This document shows positions 15,376 to 22,154 of a DNA stretch of 22,154 nucleotides, piece after piece. The DNA is taken from the IMG/VR virus record IMGVR_UViG_2540341091_000004; one strand, given 5' to 3'. Each line of letters starts with the position of its first letter. The stretch's first letter is position 1. The stretch is from a virus. Taxonomy: Duplodnaviria; Heunggongvirae; Uroviricota; Caudoviricetes. The notes beneath the pieces are model-generated. The model was not told the DNA's origin, did not search any database, and was given only the letters and a program-made list of their open reading frames with translations. A program made the position numbers and the translations under genes.

Positions 15376-16025
15376 GCCGCCATCTCCCTGACCAGTTTTT
15401 CCGCCTGCTGGCGAACCTGCGCCAGAAAGGCCTCACCACATGCCTCAAGTTCATCGCGCCCGATGTAGCTGATTGCCGGTCCCTTCCAGGTCTTGTCGAA
15501 AACAGCAATAGCACCAGCGAAGAAAGCGCCTGTCGGCACCTGCTTCTCGTCCTTCGGGATAAACCAGGCTGGCAGTTCAAAACCAATACGCCCGCGAATA
15601 AAAGCAATATGGTCTGCATCTTCCGGCCACCACACTTCGCTGGTGGCAGCTTTGATCAGGAAAACATAGCGCCCGCCTTTATCACGCATGGCACTGGCAT
15701 GCTTCATGATGTAACGCATGCCGGTGATGTATTGCCCCTCATGCTGACTGGCGCGGCTGTACGGGGGATTACCAAAGGCAGCACCTTTAAGCTCCGCAAG
15801 ACGTTCTGACCAGTCATGCGCCAGCGCGTTGTCTTCCGCAGTGTAATACGCGGCGCATTTGGCGTTATCACCATCAGTAAACAGATCCAGAACAAACGGG
15901 CCAAACAGGGTGTTAATTCCCCAGAAAATGTTGTCCGGCGTGCGCCACTGATCGCCCACTTCCTTCAGTTCATGGGCTGGTTTGTTCCGCAGCTCCACCA
16001 GCGCCTGGCAATATTTATTACTCAT
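15372..16025 (-). CDS. Phage Dam-like N6-adenine DNA methyltransferase
   Basis: Catalytic NPPY motif (FGNPPYSRA); start ATG 16025 overlaps the upstream stop (TAATG). Position matches the yfdM methylase in CPS-53. Confidence 0.8.
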   Translation of the reverse strand: MSNKYCQALVELRNKPAHELKEVGDQWRTPDNIFWGINTLFGPFVLDLFTDGDNAKCAAYYTAEDNALAHDWSERLAELKGAAFGNPPYSRASQHEGQYITGMRYIMKHASAMRDKGGRYVFLIKAATSEVWWPEDADHIAFIRGRIGFELPAWFIPKDEKQVPTGAFFAGAIAVFDKTWKGPAISYIGRDELEACGEAFLAQVRQQAEKLVREMAA

Positions 16026-16513
16026 TAAGCCCCCACGTAATTCCCTGACAGATACCACTCTTCACCCGATGCAGCGCGCTTGCTGCTTTTCCGTAAACAC
16101 CGCTCACGACGCGCAAGAAAATTGTTTCGCTCTTGCTGGGAGTGGCTTTCACGGAATGCCGCCATCCACACCGTTGCAGCACGACGGTATAAGCCCCTGG
16201 ACTCCAGTTCTTCCGCCTGGCGGGTCAGGCACAAAATCACCCGGGGATCGTTAGTGCCGACATAGAAATTGCGCACAGGTCTGGATTCACGAACTGGTTG
16301 CGGTTCCGGCTCCTGCGGTATCTCAGTCAGCCGCGGGAAATGTCTGCGTGTATCCCCTTCACAACGGTGAGCCACACGCCCACTCTGACGTAACTTGCTT
16401 GCTGACTGCAGAACGCGCTGTCGTGAGTAACCTGCAAAAGCATCCGCAATGTCTCCGGAAGTACACCCCGGATGGGCTTCAATGAATTTCTGAACGTCAT
16501 TCAAAAGACTCAT
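16025..16513 (-). CDS. PerC-like putative regulator (YfdN-like)
   Basis: LESRGLYRRAATVWMAAF resembles the PerC-family core; ORF-track length of 164 aa matches YfdN. From memory only. Confidence 0.4.
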   Translation of the reverse strand: MSLLNDVQKFIEAHPGCTSGDIADAFAGYSRQRVLQSASKLRQSGRVAHRCEGDTRRHFPRLTEIPQEPEPQPVRESRPVRNFYVGTNDPRVILCLTRQAEELESRGLYRRAATVWMAAFRESHSQQERNNFLARRERCLRKSSKRAASGEEWYLSGNYVGA

Positions 16514-16515
16514 GA

Positions 16516-17289
16516 TCACCCCCTGAATCCTGCCGGGATCTGGCTGTAGTCCACGTTGTCGTAACTGGCTTTGAAGTACGGGTCTTCGCGTTTTTCGGTG
16601 TACGTGCTGACGGACGGCGATAAGCGCAGGGAAAGCTCATCCCATTTTTCCCGCAGCTTCGACGGGCTGAGCACGTTACGGCACCAGAACGGATCGCGAC
16701 TGACGCGGCTGTACATCTCGCAGATTTGTTTATGAGTACGACCATCCTGCACACACATCAGGCGAATTTCGTTTGCCCAGGCTGTCCAGTTCGGTTCTTT
16801 GGGACGAACCACCTCGCCGTCACATTCGGCGGCATGCTCGTACAGGGCGATGATTTTTTTCCAGAGCCACTGTGCGCAGGTCAAATCATCCTGCGTCCCC
16901 CACTGGCGCTTTTTAGGGCTGAATACAACCGCATCAGGATGGCGAGTTAAAAAATCCTGTTCAGCCGTCTGCGTGTCCGGTTGCGAAGAGTCCGGACGAG
17001 AAGGTTTTTTATCTGACGGATCATGTTTTGATTTTACTGACGGATCCCCGCCAGATTCTGACGGGTGAAAACCCGCTTTTTTGCCAGATTTCGACGCATC
17101 AAATTTTGACGGGTCAGATTTTGATGCGTCAGATTTTGACGGGTCAGAATCTGACAGTTGAGAAAATGCCGCTGCCTGAAGCTTCGCAACGTTAAGCTGA
17201 TAAACATTCGACGCATTGCGGTTACCCTGGCGACGCGCCTTACGCGTTAACCAGCCTTCTGCTTCCAGCCGTGCGATACCCGCTGGCAT
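16516..17289 (-). CDS. Replication initiator (O-like), 5' end replaced at a rearrangement junction; possibly non-functional
   Basis: Contains an in-gene iteron array encoding SDSDPSKSDASKSDPSKFDASKSG and a conserved-looking C-terminal domain. The first codons (MPAGI) are read from lom-derived sequence, so the native N-terminus and promoter are gone. Confidence 0.5.
   Translation of the reverse strand: MPAGIARLEAEGWLTRKARRQGNRNASNVYQLNVAKLQAAAFSQLSDSDPSKSDASKSDPSKFDASKSGKKAGFHPSESGGDPSVKSKHDPSDKKPSRPDSSQPDTQTAEQDFLTRHPDAVVFSPKKRQWGTQDDLTCAQWLWKKIIALYEHAAECDGEVVRPKEPNWTAWANEIRLMCVQDGRTHKQICEMYSRVSRDPFWCRNVLSPSKLREKWDELSLRLSPSVSTYTEKREDPYFKASYDNVDYSQIPAGFRG
17012..17160. repeat. Iteron-like direct repeats (about 8 copies of tYTGACGGRTCA) - candidate replication origin
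   Basis: Copies at about 17012, 17037, 17057, 17089, 17105, 17120, 17135 and 17149; the last four are spaced about 15 bp apart; each is a short palindrome (TGAC...GTCA). Confidence 0.55.
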
Positions 17290-17625
17290 GAAGATTCCGT
17301 GCGTAACCGCTGGTTCAGCGTGATGGCGGGGCCGTCTGTGCGCGTGAATGAATGGTTCAGCGCGTATGCGATGGCGGGTGTGGCTTACAGCCGTATTTCG
17401 ACTTTCTCCGGGGATTATCTCCGCGTAACTGACAACAAGGGGAAAACGCACGACGTGCTGACCGGAAGTGATGACGGTCGCCGCAGCAACACGTCTCTGG
17501 CGTGGGGGGCTGGCGTGCAGTTTAACCCGACCGAATCCGTGGCCATTGATATTGCTTATGAAGGCTCCGGCAGTGGCGACTGGCGCACTGACGGTTTCAT
17601 CGTGGGTGTCGGTTATAAATTCTGA
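17275..17625 (+). pseudogene. lom: lom 3' fragment (Lom/Ail/OmpX outer-membrane protein, N-terminal ~95 aa missing)
   Basis: DTRWHEDSVRNRWFSVMAGPSVRVNEWF...DGFIVGVGYKF matches the C-terminal half of lambda Lom; homology begins abruptly at about 17275 with no signal peptide. Confidence 0.85.
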
Positions 17626-17651
17626 TTAGCCAGGTAACACAGTGTTATGAC

Positions 17652-17678
17652 AGCCCGCCGGTTCAGGCGGGCTTTTTT
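17652..17678 (+). terminator. Intrinsic terminator between lom and stf
   Basis: Perfect 8-bp stem AGCCCGCC/GGCGGGCT with GGTTCA loop, then TTTTTT. Confidence 0.6.
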
Positions 17679-17689
17679 GTGGGGTGAAT

Positions 17690-20600
17690 ATGGCAGTAAA
17701 GATTTCAGGTGTACTGAAAGACGGTGCAGGTAAACCGGTACAGAACTGCACAATCCAGCTGAAAGCAAAACGTAACAGCACCACGGTGGTGGTGAACACG
17801 GTGGCATCTGAAAATCCGGATGAAGCCGGGCGTTACAGCATGGACGTTGAGTACGGTCAGTACCGCGTTATTCTGTTGGTGGAAGGATTCCCGCCGTCAC
17901 ATGCCGGGACCATCACCGTGTATGAAGATTCTCAACCCGGTACGCTGAATGATTTTCTCGGTGCCATGACGGAGGATGATGCCCGTCCGGAGGCACTGCG
18001 CCGTTTTGAACTGATGGTGGAAGAGGTGGCGCGTAACGCGTCCGCAGTGGCACAGAACACGGCAGCCGCAAAGAAGTCAGCCAGCGATGCCGGCACATCT
18101 GCCCGTGAGGCGGCAACCCATGCAACCGATGCTGCAGGCTCAGCACGTGCCGCCAGCACGTCAGCCGGACAGGCTGCATCATCTGCTCAGTCAGCATCTT
18201 CCAGCGCAGGAACGGCATCAACAAAGGCCACTGAAGCATTAAAAAGTGCTGCCGCTGCAGAGTCCTCAAAAAGCGCGGCAGCCACCAGTGCCGGTGCGGC
18301 GAAAACGTCAGAAACGAATGCCGCAGCATCACAACTATCAGCAGCCACTTCTGCATCCACCGCGACCACGAAGGCGTCAGAAGCTGCCACCTCAGCCCGG
18401 GATGCGGCGGCCTCAAAAGAGGCAGCGAAATCATCAGAAACGAACGCATCATCAAGTGCCAGTAGTGCAGCTTCCTCGGCAACGGCGGCAGGAAATTCCG
18501 CGAAGGCCGCAAAAACGTCTGAGACGAATGCGGATAACAGCGCACAGGCGGCAGCAGACTCACAAACTGCATCGGCAAACTCCGCGACAGCAGCCAAAAA
18601 ATCAGAAACCAACGCGAAAAATAGCGAGGCAGCAGCAAAGAGCAGCGAAACAAACGCTAAAGCCAGCGAAACTAATGCTAAATCCAGTGAAACAAACGCG
18701 GCGAAATCTGCGGCGGACGCACTTAATTATTGCAACCAGGCGCAAGTAATTGTTGGCGATAATATCGGTCTTGGCTCAGCCCCGCGTGATTGTCCTGATA
18801 TTTCCGGCAACCCATCAGGGTATATCGGATTTATGCGCATTATGAGTAATGCAAAAGGCTTTCCATCGATTGCATCCGGTGAAAGCAGTCTTACGGGGTT
18901 TATTAGTCAGGTAGATGGAACACCAGCGTATACAGGTGTATTTCAGGGATGGGCTACGCGCTCGCTTTATACTTATCGCTGGAATCCGACAACAGGCCCG
19001 CAATGGACACGCCACGCTCGCAAAAATGAAGTGGACCGTCTTGACCAATGGAATAGCGAAACATGGTTATATAACCATGATAAATCCATGCGCCTGGGTT
19101 TAACCGGATCAACATGGGGGTGTTACAGCGACACACAAAAAAAATGGATACCGCTTGATGTTTCTCATGGTGGCACTGGCGCAAATAGCCTTGATGACGC
19201 CAAAACTAATTTGCAAATCCCTGAGGGTGGATTAACAAAAGCGATGACCCTTAATGCCCCTGGTGGTGCAGTGGATGGCAAATACTACCCTGTCATAATA
19301 GACACATCTGCAATGAATGGGAGCGGTGCCATGTTATGTCCTGTTGAAATAAAAACAGCAGGAGGTCCGGCATCAAATCCGCTTAATAGTAACTCATTTT
19401 TTGGGTTCATTCGATGTGGTGGCTGGAGTGACGTTCGCGATGTGGCTTACGGGTCATTTGTTTGCTATGAAAAAAATGAACTCGGGATACTTTGCATTAA
19501 AGCGTCGCAAAGAGATTATGCGCAGCATGTAGCTTTCTACATCCATAAAAGCGCTTTTCCTGTCGTTGTGCAAACTGGCTACAAGGCGAAAGTTAAGGTT
19601 CCAACAGAAGACTACGTAATTGGTGACAACGGGGTTAGATATAAGTTTGGTGTATCAACGTCAACGGAGGATAACGACAAGAACTTTGTTAAAAATGTTC
19701 TTGACTTCACTGGCGGTGAACATGGCTTCTACAGCAACCTTCCGTTCAGACAAGGGGTGTCAGAAAGGATTGCATTAACAAATGGCCTGAGTTTTGACAA
19801 AAATTTTACCGTCACTATTCCTATATTTGTAAACAATGGTCAGATTAAAGCAACACAATCTTTCACCGCGTACGGTACAGACGCTTCAAACAGAACATTT
19901 GTTTCTCAAAGATTACAATCCGAAGGAGGTCCGGTTGTCGATCAAACTGAACTAAGGGCCGCTAACGCTTCTGGTGAAATTATTGTCAGGGACATAAATA
20001 ATTCAGGGAACAGTAAGTTCTTTAATTTTAACCTTGATGGTACCTTCAGTTCTTACCAGGGATTGGTTGTTCACACAGGGCAAAACTGGAGCACTCAACA
20101 TACAGATAATGTAAATAAGTTTAAGCCAATAGCAGGGAGCGCAGGCGGTCCTGACGGAACAATGGTTGTTGGCGGATTCCATGCTCAATTTAGCGGTAAT
20201 TACGTCACACAATTCGCCGGTCGCAACTCCAAATTTTGGGCAAGAAGCTTTGAGGCTGGGGTTGATAAGGGATGGAAACGACTATTAACAGTAGACGATC
20301 TCAATTCATCTACCGATCTTGCTGTCAGGTCATTAACCACATCTAACCCGGTAAAATCTGGCGGAGGGCGAATTGATGTCCTTGGAAGCACGTCAGACTA
20401 TAGCAAAATGGATTGCTTTGTACGTGGGTTTGATAGCACCGGTAATTCTCTCGCGTGGGCGTTGGGTTCGTCAGTCGGCGTAAGTAAGATGCTGTCGCTA
20501 AAAAATTTCTTTAGCGGAGCTGAGATACTGTTAAATGGTAATGACGGCGCGGTTCAACTCAAAACAGGTGCTGTTAACGGGGCTAAAGCGCAGGCGCTCA

Positions 20601-21292
20601 CTATCAACAAGGATGAGGTTAATTCAACTGTTGATTTAACTCTTACAAAACAAACAGGGACTGGCAATCGTTTTGTTTTACAGAACTTAGGTAATACAGA
20701 ACTATCATTTGCCGCAAAAGTATGGGGATCAAGTGATCGACAAAACGTTTTTGAGGTTGGAACGTCTGCTGCGTATCTGTTTTATGCGCAAAAAACGTCA
20801 GCAGGCCAGTTGTTTGATGTAAATGGCGCTATTAATTGCACAACGCTGAATCAGTCATCAGACCGCGACCTTAAAGACGATATTCTCGTTATCAGCGACG
20901 CGACGAAAGCAATCCGTAAAATGAACGGATACACCTACACGCTCAGGGAAAACGGGATGCCTTATGCTGGCGTTATTGCACAGGAAGTAATGGAGGCGAT
21001 ACCAGAAGCTGTGGGATCGTTTACTCATTACGGTGAAGAGTTGCAGGGACCAACGGTTGACGGCAATGAATTACGTGAAGAAACACGTTATCTGAATGTT
21101 GACTACGCCGCCGTGACGGGGTTACTTGTTCAGGTCGCCCGTGAAACAGATGGTCGCGTTACCGCGCTGGAAGAGGAAAACATAACGCTACGTAAAAATC
21201 TGGCAACAGCAGGCACCCGGATCAGCACTCTGGAAAATCAGGTAAGCGAACTGGTTGCACTTGTCCGGCAGTTAACAGGAAGCGAACATTGA
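17690..21292 (+). CDS. stf: Side tail fibre protein with C-terminal intramolecular chaperone (peptidase S74-like) domain
   Basis: N-terminal ~330 aa (MAVKISGVLKDG..., Ala/Ser-rich SETNA repeats) match lambda Stf; the rest diverges. The last ~144 aa (20858-21289, SDRDLKDDILVISDATKAIRKMNGYTYTL...) carry the Ser/Lys dyad of self-cleaving chaperone domains. Confidence 0.9.
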   Translation: MAVKISGVLKDGAGKPVQNCTIQLKAKRNSTTVVVNTVASENPDEAGRYSMDVEYGQYRVILLVEGFPPSHAGTITVYEDSQPGTLNDFLGAMTEDDARPEALRRFELMVEEVARNASAVAQNTAAAKKSASDAGTSAREAATHATDAAGSARAASTSAGQAASSAQSASSSAGTASTKATEALKSAAAAESSKSAAATSAGAAKTSETNAAASQLSAATSASTATTKASEAATSARDAAASKEAAKSSETNASSSASSAASSATAAGNSAKAAKTSETNADNSAQAAADSQTASANSATAAKKSETNAKNSEAAAKSSETNAKASETNAKSSETNAAKSAADALNYCNQAQVIVGDNIGLGSAPRDCPDISGNPSGYIGFMRIMSNAKGFPSIASGESSLTGFISQVDGTPAYTGVFQGWATRSLYTYRWNPTTGPQWTRHARKNEVDRLDQWNSETWLYNHDKSMRLGLTGSTWGCYSDTQKKWIPLDVSHGGTGANSLDDAKTNLQIPEGGLTKAMTLNAPGGAVDGKYYPVIIDTSAMNGSGAMLCPVEIKTAGGPASNPLNSNSFFGFIRCGGWSDVRDVAYGSFVCYEKNELGILCIKASQRDYAQHVAFYIHKSAFPVVVQTGYKAKVKVPTEDYVIGDNGVRYKFGVSTSTEDNDKNFVKNVLDFTGGEHGFYSNLPFRQGVSERIALTNGLSFDKNFTVTIPIFVNNGQIKATQSFTAYGTDASNRTFVSQRLQSEGGPVVDQTELRAANASGEIIVRDINNSGNSKFFNFNLDGTFSSYQGLVVHTGQNWSTQHTDNVNKFKPIAGSAGGPDGTMVVGGFHAQFSGNYVTQFAGRNSKFWARSFEAGVDKGWKRLLTVDDLNSSTDLAVRSLTTSNPVKSGGGRIDVLGSTSDYSKMDCFVRGFDSTGNSLAWALGSSVGVSKMLSLKNFFSGAEILLNGNDGAVQLKTGAVNGAKAQALTINKDEVNSTVDLTLTKQTGTGNRFVLQNLGNTELSFAAKVWGSSDRQNVFEVGTSAAYLFYAQKTSAGQLFDVNGAINCTTLNQSSDRDLKDDILVISDATKAIRKMNGYTYTLRENGMPYAGVIAQEVMEAIPEAVGSFTHYGEELQGPTVDGNELREETRYLNVDYAAVTGLLVQVARETDGRVTALEEENITLRKNLATAGTRISTLENQVSELVALVRQLTGSEH

Positions 21293-21319
21293 TATCCTTC
21301 AAGCTCTGAAGGAGGCTGT

Positions 21320-21466
21320 TCCTGGTACGTTCAGACTGTTGTTGAGCTGGAAATCGCAACGGAGGAAGAAATCCTGTTGCTGGAAGTCTGGAAAAAGTAT
21401 CGGGTATTGCTGAACCGTGTTGATACGTCAACTGCACAGGATATTGAATGGCCAGCACTGCCGTAG
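21320..21466 (+). pseudogene. tfa: Tail fibre assembly protein (tfa) C-terminal remnant
   Basis: Translation ...[40 protein letters not shown] matches the lambda Tfa C-terminus (…[40 protein letters not shown]…). No start codon; the frame is continuous with the stf stop. Confidence 0.6.
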
Positions 21467-21563
21467 GGTAAAACATATAAATTCTATAATTAGATGTATC
21501 TTTCCATTTACGGCAAGGAAGGGGGCTTGGAAGACGTAAAGCATCTCACACCGAGATTATTTT

Positions 21564-22154
21564 TTATATGTCAGGTGTCTGAAGTTTTGCTTTGGCTCTT
21601 AAAATGGTTTGCCGCGAGGTTTTGAATTCCCGGGCAATGGCACTTATACTTACACCTGACTTAATTCGTTCGAATACCACCTGTTTCTGTTCTTCATTTA
21701 ACACAGGTGGTCGACCAAAACGTTTCCCTGCGCCGCGGGCTCTTACTATCCCGGAATGAGTGCGTTCAAGTAAAAGGTCTCGTTCAAATTCAGCGACTGC
21801 TGAAATTACGTGCATCATCATTTTTCCTGTTGGACTGGTCAGGTCAATGCCCCCCAATGCTAAGCAATGCACTCTGATACCTGTTTCGGTCAGTTGTTCC
21901 ACTGTTTTCCTGATATCCATTGCATTACAACCAAGGCGATCCAGTTTTGTCACAATCAATTGATCACCACATTTCAGGCGAGCAAGCAACCGGTTAAAAC
22001 CAGGACGCTCACTGGTTGCTGCTGAGCCGCTAATGTGTTCTTCGATTATTTGCTGAGGTTTGATTTTAAAACCTGCACTTTCGATTTCCCGGCGTTGATT
22101 TTCGGTGGTCTGATCCAGCGTTGATATCCGACAGTAAGCAAAAATTCGAGACAT
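21564..22154 (-). CDS. pin: Serine recombinase / DNA invertase (Pin/Hin/Gin family)
   Basis: 196-aa [29 protein letters not shown]... with catalytic Ser in the N-terminal resolvase domain and a C-terminal HTH; resembles PinR/PinQ as I recall them. The start codon is the last three bases of the window. Confidence 0.9.
   Translation of the reverse strand: MSRIFAYCRISTLDQTTENQRREIESAGFKIKPQQIIEEHISGSAATSERPGFNRLLARLKCGDQLIVTKLDRLGCNAMDIRKTVEQLTETGIRVHCLALGGIDLTSPTGKMMMHVISAVAEFERDLLLERTHSGIVRARGAGKRFGRPPVLNEEQKQVVFERIKSGVSISAIAREFKTSRQTILRAKAKLQTPDI

Noticed and set aside
15107-15809. 170-aa minus-strand and 193-aa plus-strand ORFs overlapping the LexA-like and Dam genes
   Set aside because: Out-of-frame or antisense overlaps of two well-supported genes; Arg/Gly-rich artefact composition.
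17913-18749. Multiple ORFs (up to 246 aa) inside the stf repeat region on both strands
   Set aside because: Artefacts of the GC-rich Ala/Ser-codon repeats of the tail-fibre gene; translations are low-complexity (Pro/Arg/Gln or Ala/Asp runs).
21290-21466. Programmed stop-codon read-through extending Stf by 58 aa
   Set aside because: The in-frame continuation is better explained as a recombination scar leaving a tfa 3' remnant; the chaperone domain is self-cleaving and needs no extension.
1-22154. CRISPR array, rRNA/tRNA genes, or insertion sequences
   Set aside because: No regularly spaced direct repeats with unique spacers, no rRNA or tRNA signatures, and no transposase-like ORF or terminal inverted repeats found on reading both strands.

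Overview
This 22.1 kb window is a mosaic, rearranged and defective lambdoid prophage of the E. coli type, with no host housekeeping genes visible. All identifications are from reading the translations and sequence against remembered families; nothing was searched or computed. Minus strand, low to high coordinate: integrase and excisionase, an early module whose gene sizes and domains match CPS-53/KplE1 YfdT/S/R/Q/P (101/120/178/274/120 aa), then abruptly a cos site plus terminase small subunit Nu1 that match my recollection of phage lambda almost base for base, retaining only the first 9 codons of terminase A. Continuing upward: a TonB-C-like lipoprotein, bor, Rz/Rz1, a phage-21-type SAR endolysin and pinholin, about 1 kb of hairpin-rich non-coding DNA, an orphan beta-class DNA methyltransferase, Q antiterminator, DUF968, KilA-N, RusA, a LexA DNA-binding-domain-only protein, a Dam-like methyltransferase, a PerC-like protein and a 5'-truncated O-like replication gene carrying iteron repeats. 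Plus strand at the right end: a lom 3' fragment, a 1200-aa side tail fibre with a C-terminal self-cleaving chaperone domain, a tfa remnant, then a Pin-family invertase on the minus strand. No capsid, tail-shaft, terminase large subunit or repressor gene is present, and the replication-to-Nu1 block lies inverted relative to canonical lambdoid order. The best candidate for an undescribed system is a convergent, AT-richer, TTG-initiated 339-aa single-pass membrane protein (11420-12439) inserted between Q and the lysis cassette, which I could not assign to any family. Other leads are the LexA-DBD-only protein, the TonB-C lipoprotein, a small secreted Cys-containing peptide cassette next to cos, and a possible small RNA upstream of the holin.
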